A DNA stretch of 64,000 nt from a virus. Taxonomy: Duplodnaviria > Caudoviricetes. The translations under genes were made by a program, and so were the position numbers. The stretch is taken from IMG/VR virus record IMGVR_UViG_2574180309_000001, positions 1 to 64,000 of that record. One strand, written 5' to 3'. The stretch's first letter is position 1. Every line of letters starts with the position of its first letter. Positions 9,416 through 19,569 of the stretch are shown piece by piece. The notes beneath the pieces are model-generated. The model made no database searches. It saw only the letters and a program-made list of their open reading frames with translations, and was not told where the DNA came from.

Positions 9416-10222
9416 ATGGAGAAGATAGGAAATTGTAGATTATGTGGGATGGAAGGAATCCTTCAAGATAGTCATATAGTGCCAAAGTTTATAGGTAGAT
9501 GGATAAGAAAAACATCAGAAGCGGGAGATTTAAGGATTCCCTATAATCCTAATAAACCTGAATATGACCTGTTTAGTACACACCTCCTTTGTAAGAAATG
9601 TGAAGGTATCTTCAGTAAGTTTGAAACTACTTTTGCAAATAAGATATTTTATAAATACCAAGATAATGATAGAAAATTCGAATATGATGATTGGTTAATG
9701 AATTTTGTTATCTCATTAAGCTGGCGTATTGGAACTTTATATTTTGTTAATAATTCTTTTGATGAAACAAATAGCAAGCATGTGTTATTAAATGAGGCAT
9801 TGAACTTATGGGGAAGTTATTTACTTGGCGACAATACAAATTATGGTAGTTATAATCACCACTTATATTTTGTAGATGAAAGTAAGATTTCTGAAGATTT
9901 TCCACCCGGATATAAATATTATTTTAATAGGAGTGTTGATGGGCATGTAAGCTATTTACCTAATGGTGAAATGAATATTTATTGCATGTTACCGGGAATG
10001 TTGATTGTTTCAAATATTTCTCCTAAATCAATAAAGGGGTGGAGGGGAACAATTATAAATCGCTTTGGAACACTTCATAAATACAAACAATACACTCCCA
10101 TTAATATTGCAAATTACATGGTAGATCGCACTATAATTTCAAGCTATTCCCTTCTAAACGGCATTAGTGATCAGCAAATAGAAAAAATTAAAGTAAAAGC
10201 TTCAAAGAAAAAGGAAAGCTAG
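9416..10222 (+). CDS. HNH-like nuclease-domain protein, possibly defence
   Basis: CRLC...SHIVP...LLCKKCE..FS pattern. Confidence 0.6.
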   Translation: MEKIGNCRLCGMEGILQDSHIVPKFIGRWIRKTSEAGDLRIPYNPNKPEYDLFSTHLLCKKCEGIFSKFETTFANKIFYKYQDNDRKFEYDDWLMNFVISLSWRIGTLYFVNNSFDETNSKHVLLNEALNLWGSYLLGDNTNYGSYNHHLYFVDESKISEDFPPGYKYYFNRSVDGHVSYLPNGEMNIYCMLPGMLIVSNISPKSIKGWRGTIINRFGTLHKYKQYTPINIANYMVDRTIISSYSLLNGISDQQIEKIKVKASKKKES

Positions 10223-10600
10223 CTACTATGTTATAACTAGATTTTATTTTGCTTCATGTAAGTGTATTAATATATAACTAGGATAAAGCCGTAGCCCTCG
10301 ATGAAAATAATGGTGAACTCACCGTTGGATATTAGAGAAATTCCCCTTTATTTCTCATTAAAAATTTCATTTATGTTGTACAAATATTGAATAATGTTTT
10401 TTATCAGATATATAGGGGGATATGGTTGTAATATGGGAAGAAGTGTGTTTCAAAAGGTTACTTAGGAAATGGATTTTATTAAGCTTTTTGATTTCAAATA
10501 GACGGGACCTCCTGAGTTTTTTAAAATCATTAAATGAAAATTGGATTGGGTATCGTGTATGATATAGTAAGAGCTATTTTTACATAAAGGGGGATATTTT

Positions 10601-11245
10601 ATGAAGTTGAAAAAGGAAGATTTTATGGAGAATCTAATTGAAGCATATGATTTTTTAATTACTTCTGTTGATGTATTTGATAAAAAGCAAAAATATCATG
10701 AGGCCAAAAGAATGGCAACAACTGTTAGGGTTCTTTTACATGATACAAATCAATCAACATCATTGTTAAAACATCTAGACCGAAAAGATATACATTTTTG
10801 TGACTCTTCATTTAAACATGACATGGTTCAAGAGGATGGATCTATTTGCATTATGCCACTGAGTAAACCAATGTATTATGAAGAGGTTAGTATTGATGGA
10901 GTTACACTGATACCGTACTTGAATGAGAATGAAGAGAAATACATTCCATTTAAGGAATGGTGGGAGGAACAAGTAATATTAACAAATGGATATGGTAACA
11001 CATTTACAAGAAAAAGTATTGTTACAGAGCTTGCAAATCGAGACGGAGGTGCTCATGTTGATAGCAAACTTCGTGATTCTTACTTCCATTTGACTAGAGG
11101 GATTTCTACAGGAGAGACGTTTCAAAGAAATGATGGGGATCCTGAGCCAATTCCTAATCCTCATTTGTTTACAATGAGACAAATTACTTATGAGGTAATA
11201 AAAACATTAGAAAAAGAATTTAATGAATTTATTGAACTGGAATAG
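10601..11245 (+). CDS. Hypothetical protein with HEPN-like motif
   Basis: R.LLHD and ANRDGGAHVD motifs. Confidence 0.5.
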   Translation: MKLKKEDFMENLIEAYDFLITSVDVFDKKQKYHEAKRMATTVRVLLHDTNQSTSLLKHLDRKDIHFCDSSFKHDMVQEDGSICIMPLSKPMYYEEVSIDGVTLIPYLNENEEKYIPFKEWWEEQVILTNGYGNTFTRKSIVTELANRDGGAHVDSKLRDSYFHLTRGISTGETFQRNDGDPEPIPNPHLFTMRQITYEVIKTLEKEFNEFIELE

Positions 11246-11355
11246 AATTTTAATAAAAATGTTAGTTTGAAATAAAGTTGTATAATTTATTATCAAGACA
11301 ATGAATTAATCTATTTTTGAAAAAGCTGCAAACTTAATGTTTAATAAAATGTAAC

Positions 11356-11446
11356 AAAAAAACACTATTCAAATGAATAGTGTTTTTTTGGACTTTTAGC
11401 AAGCTGCGATAGCTTGACACGCCGTCTTGGCTATACGTTATTTTAT
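11356..11446 (-). ncRNA. Putative AbiF antitoxin RNA (~90 nt)
   Basis: Promoter TTGACC-N17-TATATT with TG extension (11453-11481) just past the Abi stop; hairpin CAAGCT-N5-AGCTTG; terminator at 11355-11390. Confidence 0.6.
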
Positions 11447-11497
11447 GAAATAAATATAACATATATACGAAAAAAGGTCAATAAATTAATGTTTAAT

Positions 11498-12685
11498 TTA
11501 TATCCAGTAAAAAATATTTGAGTTTCCCATTCTATCTAATAAAGAAATTGCTATATCATGCTTTTCTTCATAACGATATTTCCATAATAATAATTTAATT
11601 TCCGTTAAATCAATGTATTGTTTTAAGACTTTTAAAACATCATATAACTTAAGGACATATTTGTTTGCTCTCATAGGTGTAAGACCTAATTCGGAAATTA
11701 AATGCTGGTTAATTTTTAAGGAACTTGATGTTCTGAAACGATTAACCAATTCGAAATGTGCACACGTATTACGTAATTCTCTAATGATTTGCAAAGAATT
11801 TAAAAATTTCTCTTTGTCTTTTGGTTTTAGATTGAAATCCCTTAAAATAGCATCAAAAGTACGTTTCTTTAGTCCATAAAGTAAAAGAATTAAATCATTA
11901 AACATTAGGGTTTTAATAACAACCCAAAATGGAGGATTGTTATATTCATTTATAAATGGAAACCTTGTTTTGCATTCATCGATATAATTTAACCCATATA
12001 TTCTTTCATCCTTAATGGTTATTGGTGTAGTAATAGATGTTCCTGATGAAGGGGCAAGCGAATGAATATGTGCTACTAATGATGCTTGTTTCGAATTAAA
12101 AAAGGTGCACTTACCTTGGACTGTATTTATTGATGTAGATCCAAATCTGCCCGTAAATGTTCCTTCAAGTATAGTTTGCCCACGGGCGGGATTATAAGTC
12201 ACATCTCCAGAAAAATCTCCACTAAAAATGCCTTCGAAATAAGCTGATTTTTTAAATAATTTATGTTTCTTAAAATGTTTAGTATATTCTTTAGGTCCAT
12301 CTGTTCTTTTGGGAAGAGAATAACTAGTAAGTTCAATGTATTTATTATTATCACATAAAGTAGAGCAATGATTTTTACTAAAATGATAAGATATAGAAGT
12401 CTTTAATTTGTTTTCGAGTTCCGAAATTTTTTGGAATATTAAACTTGAAAGTTGATTATCAAGTTTATAAAGACTTAAAAAATCATCAAAGAAAACATTA
12501 GTATAATATTTAGATGTACCTTTAGGGTCATCTAATAAAAGGGTTTCAAAACCATTTATTAAATTAAAATAATTTTTTTCATGAAGATGTAATTTTGCAT
12601 TTTTTAAATCTTGAATAGCTAAATTCCGATCTCTTAATAAACGTAATTGATCCACGACAGCTTTAAACTCTTTATCTGAAGGCAT
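11498..12685 (-). CDS. Abi_2/AbiD/AbiF-family HEPN RNase
   Basis: LRDRNL.I, NYFNLINGF, ELENKLK, PPFWV and LRNTCAH (RxxxxH). Confidence 0.85.
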   Translation of the reverse strand: MPSDKEFKAVVDQLRLLRDRNLAIQDLKNAKLHLHEKNYFNLINGFETLLLDDPKGTSKYYTNVFFDDFLSLYKLDNQLSSLIFQKISELENKLKTSISYHFSKNHCSTLCDNNKYIELTSYSLPKRTDGPKEYTKHFKKHKLFKKSAYFEGIFSGDFSGDVTYNPARGQTILEGTFTGRFGSTSINTVQGKCTFFNSKQASLVAHIHSLAPSSGTSITTPITIKDERIYGLNYIDECKTRFPFINEYNNPPFWVVIKTLMFNDLILLLYGLKKRTFDAILRDFNLKPKDKEKFLNSLQIIRELRNTCAHFELVNRFRTSSSLKINQHLISELGLTPMRANKYVLKLYDVLKVLKQYIDLTEIKLLLWKYRYEEKHDIAISLLDRMGNSNIFYWI

Positions 12686-13218
12686 CCCTAAAAATCTCCC
12701 CTTATTTTTATGTAACCACATAATAAAAAGTAATAGTTAGAGACAATTTTAGTGAAATAAATATGTTAGTAACCTTTTGAATAACATATTTTCCTATTTG
12801 GATAAAATTTTATGTATTATCAAAAAAGTGTCTTTTATTACTTAGTAGTTAATAATTTATATATATATATTATAATAAAATCGGAAGAAATTTAAGTATA
12901 TTTTAAATAGACATAAATAACCGCACGATTAAGATATATAATTTTTTTGAAAAGTATATTTAAAAATTTGAATGTTATTTTAGATGGTATGTATTTTCAA
13001 TTAGGTCTAGAATATGATTTTTTAGTAATCAATATAGAATTCGACTTGCATATATAGTTGTAATCACATTTAGTTTGGTGTTCAAAAGAAAGTGAATTTT
13101 ATTGCTTATTCCTTTGAAATGTAAGATTTTATGAACTCATGTAATGAGTCCGATTACAATAATTTGGTCATATTGTGTTGAATAAAAATAAAAAAGAGAA
13201 CCATAGCTCTTTTTTTTA

Positions 13219-14487
13219 TTAAGTAGCATCTATTTTTGAAAACTTCGTAGCCAGTGAACAAACGATGAATAGACAATATAGTTGAAGGTATAACATCACG
13301 TAGTTTTCCTCAGCAAATTCAATTAAATATTTTTCTGTTGTGATTTTTTTATCTTTAAAAATTAATTTTTGACTAATAGACTCATATTCCACCGAGGCAT
13401 GATTTATAGCATTTCGTATTTTATTATTTAGAATGGATAGATCATTATATCTGGAAACACCTGAAGATATTTTTTTTAAGTATTGAATTTGAAGTCCAAT
13501 TGGTTTATTTAAAAAATTTTCTAGTGAATTAGTATTGTCCGAAAATTTATTAATGTCTTTTCTGTTAATGATATTATCAATAACAACTATTAAAGGAATT
13601 ATTTTCCCAAGTATTTCATAGTTTTCAGCATAATTTTGCAGTAGAGTCTTATAGTTAGCTGTGCTTAGACCATAATCCTCCTTTATTGTTTCAATCTTCT
13701 TATGGTTGAACGTTTCAGAAGTAATTATAGGAACAATATTAGGAATAATACTTATTGAAGAATAAAAAGCGTTAATTAAAGAATTAATTAGGCTAGGTAA
13801 TTTATCTTGAAATAAGTCTTTAACTTTTTGAAATTCAATATTATCCTCATACATTTTATAAAGATTATTTTTAATATCATCTACCTGGAACTTTTTCTCA
13901 TTTAGCTTTAATAAAGGGCTGATACTATTTACAATTGCCGAAAATAATATAGAATATCTGTTTATATTGTAATCAGTAGCAAATTTTTCTTCAGGTATAT
14001 TTAAATTCCTAATTAATCTTTTTAGTTCTGAATAAACATATTTAACATTATTTTTGTTACTAAGTACTAAATTGACAAGATTTTTATGATTGTTGACATC
14101 TTGTTGAATATCTTCAGCCAAGTAAACCGCTAACCCATTCATTTTTTCTATATGAGGACCAAGGTTTCTCATAAAAGGGCTTGGGGTAAAAGGAAAATAA
14201 CCCTTAAGAGAAGAGAGTTTCTCATCATAGAATTCACCGGTTAGTTGAATACAGTAACCTTCTTTAGATTCTAAAATATTTCCAGTGAAATCTATTAAAT
14301 TATCGAAATTCCAACCTATTCTAACATTTTTATTATCTACATTAATCGTTCCTTCAATCATTACTCCACAAGTTGGGCACTCGAAAGAAAAATGGTTTTC
14401 TGGTACATAACCAACTTGATATTTTATTAAATATGGAGTTTCACAAACCTTACATTTTGTTTTGAAACTATGATTCATAATCATCAC
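13219..14487 (-). CDS. Zinc ribbon plus C-terminal HEPN-like protein, possibly defence
   Basis: CKVC...CPTC at the N-terminus; IRNAINH. Confidence 0.6.
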   Translation of the reverse strand: MMIMNHSFKTKCKVCETPYLIKYQVGYVPENHFSFECPTCGVMIEGTINVDNKNVRIGWNFDNLIDFTGNILESKEGYCIQLTGEFYDEKLSSLKGYFPFTPSPFMRNLGPHIEKMNGLAVYLAEDIQQDVNNHKNLVNLVLSNKNNVKYVYSELKRLIRNLNIPEEKFATDYNINRYSILFSAIVNSISPLLKLNEKKFQVDDIKNNLYKMYEDNIEFQKVKDLFQDKLPSLINSLINAFYSSISIIPNIVPIITSETFNHKKIETIKEDYGLSTANYKTLLQNYAENYEILGKIIPLIVVIDNIINRKDINKFSDNTNSLENFLNKPIGLQIQYLKKISSGVSRYNDLSILNNKIRNAINHASVEYESISQKLIFKDKKITTEKYLIEFAEENYVMLYLQLYCLFIVCSLATKFSKIDAT

Positions 14488-14836
14488 CCCTTTTTAAGTC
14501 TATGTTATCATTTTTGCAATCAAGTAACAAAAAAGAGAGCCAACTGGCTTTTTCGTCATATTTGATAAAATTATAAACTTCTAGAAGAAGGGGATAATCT
14601 CCACTTAAAATGAACTAGGGATACAGTATGTCTTTGTTGATGACCATTTAAATTATAAATTTTATTAATAAAATATTAACTTGAATACAATTTATTGTAT
14701 TGGACAGGGATAATTTACATTCTTAGCATATTAGGTATAATTCTTAAATCTTGTGTTAGTTTATCTGTTTATATACTATACCATACCTTCTATAATAGAA
14801 TTATTTGGAACATCATCATAAATATGGAGGGATTTT

Positions 14837-16717
14837 ATGTATATATCTGATGTGAAAATTTTGAATTACAGAAGCTTTTCAGAGTTTAATGTAAGCTTGA
14901 ATGAAGGCTTATCTATAATCATTGGAGAAAATAATGCGGGGAAATCCAATTTTTTAGAGGCGTTGAGTCTTATCTTTAATAGTAATTACTCATTACGAAA
15001 AAGAATATTACAACAAGAGGATTTTTGGAGTGGACTCAATATTCAAGGGAACTGGCCAGAGATTACAATTGAGGCAACTTTAAAAGGAATCGAAACAGAA
15101 AACGATCTTGCTATTACAAGTAGATGGCTAACAAGAAATCCAGGAGAGGCAAAACTTACCTACAAGTACAAACCAAAGGCAAATATTTCGGTTTCAGCTC
15201 CTCTTGATGCTACCCCTATTAGCAAAATTCAGCTTCCCCTTCATGAGTATGAGTGGATAATTTATGGTGGGGAGCGTGAAACATTAGACACCTTTGATTT
15301 TAATATGCTATCCAAGTTTGGAGTCGAGTATGTAGGGGCTCTTAGAGATGCAAATGCTGAATTAAAAAAGTCCTCTGGTCAATTACAGAGAATCCTAAAA
15401 AATTTCGATCTTGGAGAAGAGGAGCTTCATAAGATTTCAGGAAAAATTGATGAACTTAATGAGCAAATTATGCAAGGTAGAGAAATTCAGAAGGTACAGA
15501 GTGATATCAATGAACATCTTCGAAAAATTACAGGGACTATGAGACAGCAAGTAAAAATCCAAATGGGAGAAAGTGACTATGACGCTTTATTAAAAGATTT
15601 AAAGGTCCTAATTGGTTCATATGAAGACAGAGTACATTCTGTTGATATGAATGGCCTTGGTTATAATAATTTGCTGTATATTAGCCTTTTACTTACTCAA
15701 TATACAGCCATTAAGGAAAAGCGAAATCAAAATCATGACTATGTGTTTCCACTTTTAATTGTTGAGGAACCGGAAGCCCATCTGCATAGTCATTTACAAA
15801 AGTTCTTAGCTAATTATTTCTTTAATCAGAAAGTCGTAGGCCAGGTTATTATGACAACCCATTCTTCACACGTTAGTTCGCATGCAGAACTGGATAATTT
15901 AGTAGTGTTTTATAAGGGGAACAATAGGACATTATCTAAACGTATTGGAACAATTTTTGATACCAATAAAAAAGAGGAAAGAGATTATAAACGGTATTTA
16001 GAAAGATGGTTAGATGCTACCAAATCTGATATTTTTTTTGGTAGAAGGGTCTTATTAGTAGAAGGAATTGCAGAACGTCTATTAATACCGAAATTTTTCT
16101 CTATGCTACAAAATCGATACGCGGGAGAAGATAAAACATTAGAAAGTGAAGGGATATCTATTATTTCAGTAGATGGTGTAGCATTTAGACCATTTTTACA
16201 GTTATTTGGATCAAAGGGATTAGATATGAAGTGTGCTGTTTTGACTGATAGTGATCCAGAATCTGTTCCAGTAATAGACATGCATGGGGATGAAGTGATT
16301 GGAAGTGACGATAAGGTTGTAAAAGAGGCAGTTTATCCTACGAAATTTGGTGATTTTCCAATCTGTTCAAGAACAACTGGTTTAATTAATGATTTTAGCA
16401 CATCCTCTAATATTTATATATCTAGTAATCTTAAAACATTTGAATATGATTTGATGATGGAGAATAATGCATCTTTCTTTCGTGAGTTAATTCAAACATA
16501 CGATATTGGAACAAAAACAGAAAGGGAAAGAATTGTTACTTTGGACGGGCACGAATTTGCAAAAGAAGCCTATGAAGTTATTTCAAAGGAGAAGGGTCAA
16601 TTCTCCCAGTTCATATTAGATGAATTGAATAAAGGGAAAGTTCTTCATATTCCAGCATATATCAAGCAGGTATTTAGTTTTCTTACGAATGAAGAGGAGG
16701 TAAGAAGTGATGGTTGA
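14837..16717 (+). CDS. gajA: OLD-family ABC ATPase/TOPRIM nuclease (Gabija GajA-like)
   Basis: GENNAGKS, EEPEAHLH, TTHS, VEGIAE and DSD motifs. Confidence 0.85.
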   Translation: MYISDVKILNYRSFSEFNVSLNEGLSIIIGENNAGKSNFLEALSLIFNSNYSLRKRILQQEDFWSGLNIQGNWPEITIEATLKGIETENDLAITSRWLTRNPGEAKLTYKYKPKANISVSAPLDATPISKIQLPLHEYEWIIYGGERETLDTFDFNMLSKFGVEYVGALRDANAELKKSSGQLQRILKNFDLGEEELHKISGKIDELNEQIMQGREIQKVQSDINEHLRKITGTMRQQVKIQMGESDYDALLKDLKVLIGSYEDRVHSVDMNGLGYNNLLYISLLLTQYTAIKEKRNQNHDYVFPLLIVEEPEAHLHSHLQKFLANYFFNQKVVGQVIMTTHSSHVSSHAELDNLVVFYKGNNRTLSKRIGTIFDTNKKEERDYKRYLERWLDATKSDIFFGRRVLLVEGIAERLLIPKFFSMLQNRYAGEDKTLESEGISIISVDGVAFRPFLQLFGSKGLDMKCAVLTDSDPESVPVIDMHGDEVIGSDDKVVKEAVYPTKFGDFPICSRTTGLINDFSTSSNIYISSNLKTFEYDLMMENNASFFRELIQTYDIGTKTERERIVTLDGHEFAKEAYEVISKEKGQFSQFILDELNKGKVLHIPAYIKQVFSFLTNEEEVRSDG

Positions 16718-18503
16718 TAATGATGATTTCCGGAGAAGTATAGCATGTGCTCCTCATACTGATTCAATTACTGTACAAGCTGGACCTGGAAGTGGTAAAA
16801 CGACGTTATTGATAGAGCGGTTGAAATATATAATTGAAAATCGCATAAATGCTTTGTCCGGGATTGCTTGTATTACTTATACCAATGCGGCTAAAGAAGA
16901 GATCATGATGCGACTACAAAATGAAGGAGTGCAGCTACCTAATGAGCTGTTTATAGGAACAATCCATTCATTTTTATTGGAGCATGTGATTAAACCCTAT
17001 TCACACTTGAAGCATAAGGAAGGAATACCATATAAACTTGCTTCTGTGGGCTTTGCTAGGGGATATAAAGATTATATTGCAAATATGTTAGGACGCCCCC
17101 ATTATCATATTAATGAGAGTATATTTAAAGCGTTCGAGAGCCTGGGCCGTGATGAAAAGGGAAATCCTTATTGCTATAGAAATAAGATTTCTTCTTCAGA
17201 TGCATTGACATGGAAGAGCTTTATTAAAAATAAAGGATACATAGATCAACAAGATGTGATTTATCTTTCTTACCTTATTTTAAAAAAATATGGTCATATT
17301 CGAAATGCATTTAGTTCTCGCTTTAAATATATTCTTGTAGATGAGTATCAAGATGTTACTTATTATCAAGAGAAGTTATTTTCTTTGCTAGAACATTCTT
17401 CGTTCTTTTGCGTCGGGGATACAAATCAATCAATTTATAGCTTTACAGGAGCAAAGCCAGAAATATTTCAAGCAAAGTGGAACAATGAGAGTTACAGAAA
17501 CTATATGTTAACCAACAATTTTCGGAGTACGCAACACATTGTCCAGTTTGCTAATTATAAAACAGAAATTGAGCAAACTGGAGCTGGTAAAAATGCTACA
17601 AGAAAGCAAAAAGTGATATTTATAAAAGATATTAAAGAGGCTTCAGAGGCTATTCAATTGTTTCAAAGTATTTGTACAGATATAGAATGTGAGGAACAAA
17701 AGAAGCCATTTATGATTCTAGCTAGACGGAATGATTATGTGAAAAATATAAATAGTCTTTTAAAAAAACAAGAAGTGGAAGTAAGCCCTTTTTTTAAGAA
17801 ATTAGCAAAAGAGCATTATCGTCGCTTTCAAATTTTGCAAAATCTCATATTGGCTATCTCATATAAGCGGAGAAACGAATTTGACAAAGCTGTTGAAAGA
17901 ATGAGTGAAGCCTTCAGCTATTTATTTTTTAATGAACACCCTAATTATATTGCATTAGTTGAAATTGGATATAGTATGTTTATGTGGAAGAAATTGCAGA
18001 TCTTTACGCTTCAGTTTTTAGATAACCTGGTATTAACAGAAACATCGGTGGAAGAGCTGTTTGAAGTACTGAAAAAATTTCTGATGGAAGAATCAAAAAA
18101 ACTGTATGGTAAATCTATAGGGAAAAAACTAAATATGCTTAATTACAAATGGAAGAATCAAGTTAAAGCATCAAAGAATACCATGTTATCACATCTCATA
18201 GAGCAAGTAGAGCTACAAGGGCACTTTTCTGAAAGTGAAGGCTCTATTTTAAACATTCATGATGCAAAAGGTCAAGAAGCGGAATGTGTATTGGTAATGG
18301 CTGAATACGAATCTCAGCTTAAGGAGTGGCTTGGAAAAAATGGAGAAATAGAAGAAGCACGTGTAGGTTATGTGGCGTTTTCTAGAGCTAGAAAGTTATT
18401 ATGTGTATGGGCTCCTTCCATTCAAGAAAGTAACTACATGCATTTACAACAACATGTTCAATTTGTAGATAAGGTCTATGCCGCTAAAATGGAAAGTGTT
18501 TAA
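16707..18503 (+). CDS. gajB: UvrD-like helicase (Gabija GajB-like)
   Basis: AGPGSGKT, DEYQD, GDTNQSIY, NFRS, HDAKGQE, YVAFSRA; overlaps the OLD gene. Confidence 0.85.
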   Translation: MMVDNDDFRRSIACAPHTDSITVQAGPGSGKTTLLIERLKYIIENRINALSGIACITYTNAAKEEIMMRLQNEGVQLPNELFIGTIHSFLLEHVIKPYSHLKHKEGIPYKLASVGFARGYKDYIANMLGRPHYHINESIFKAFESLGRDEKGNPYCYRNKISSSDALTWKSFIKNKGYIDQQDVIYLSYLILKKYGHIRNAFSSRFKYILVDEYQDVTYYQEKLFSLLEHSSFFCVGDTNQSIYSFTGAKPEIFQAKWNNESYRNYMLTNNFRSTQHIVQFANYKTEIEQTGAGKNATRKQKVIFIKDIKEASEAIQLFQSICTDIECEEQKKPFMILARRNDYVKNINSLLKKQEVEVSPFFKKLAKEHYRRFQILQNLILAISYKRRNEFDKAVERMSEAFSYLFFNEHPNYIALVEIGYSMFMWKKLQIFTLQFLDNLVLTETSVEELFEVLKKFLMEESKKLYGKSIGKKLNMLNYKWKNQVKASKNTMLSHLIEQVELQGHFSESEGSILNIHDAKGQEAECVLVMAEYESQLKEWLGKNGEIEEARVGYVAFSRARKLLCVWAPSIQESNYMHLQQHVQFVDKVYAAKMESV

Positions 18504-18556
18504 AGGATATAACTTTCTGTAAGTATTCCCCAGTGAGTAGGAATATTAGCTGGATA

Positions 18557-18878
18557 GGATATTCCAGAGCCTAATAACAAAGCATACACACCTTTATTTG
18601 CTTCCATTGAAAAAGATAGTAATGGACAATGGTTTGTTAACTATTTATCTGTACTGCTCCAGTCCGGAGAAAACCATTTGCGTTCACGTTTAGCTCAACA
18701 TAAACAAGTTGTAGAGAAGAAATTAGAAGAATATAAAGATGATTCCAAACTTCTAGACAAATATGGTTGGGTAGCAAACTATCACAATAATTTCTGTGAG
18801 AATTATGTGGGAAATTCAGAGGGTTATATAATTACACTTACTCATAAGTGTCCTAGCACGATTCTATTATCAATTTGA
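18557..18878 (+). pseudogene. C-terminal remnant of a gene displaced by the Gabija cassette
   Basis: Open frame without start or RBS: DSNGQWFVNYL...DKYGWVANYHNNFC. Confidence 0.45.
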
Positions 18879-19569
18879 AGAAGATGTTCTATTTTTACGT
18901 TTACTTCTTATGAAGTAGGACTAGAGAAATGGAAGTTTACAAAAATCAGGTGGTTATACAATTGAAAAGTTCAATTTATCGGTATTTAAATAGAGAAATC
19001 GAGCTTTTTTTGCTATATAAGCATTTCCAGCATTATAGGAAATTGCAAACTTTTGTGGAACGAATGCCCCTGTTAGTTAATTTAAAGTTACAAAACAAAA
19101 AGATCATTTACTATCTTTTTTGTTTTGTAACTTTTTCAAATACAATGAAACTTTCTTAGTAAAAGGACCTCACAGCCGTTCATGAAGGTCTTCATAAGTT
19201 CCCGTGGTTATAATATACGGTAAAATATGCATTTGGCACTCTATACAGAAAGATGCACTATTGCATATCCTTATCCGTAAGTGTGAGAAAGCGTTGATAT
19301 AAAGCTATTTTCAAACTTTCTCAACTTTTTTCTGATAACCACACGACTGAATTTTGGCAAAAATATGATATTATGAAAATAATAAAATAAACGGACGTAA
19401 AAAGACCCACGGTGCAAGTAGTGCTGGTAACACTCTTACACTGCCCCTACTACCCTAGGGAACATTGTCGCGGATCTTATACATATAATTATAACACACC
19501 ATAGATTGAGGGTGGCACGTTTTCCTTTATGGGGTTTACGTGTCTTTTGTTCCGGCAAGGAGGAGCAAA

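Noticed and set aside
14577-14605. dif-like site (ACTTCTAGAA)
   Set aside because: No matching second arm
18929-19159. 76-aa ORF
   Set aside because: Weak RBS and no recognisable features; probably intergenic
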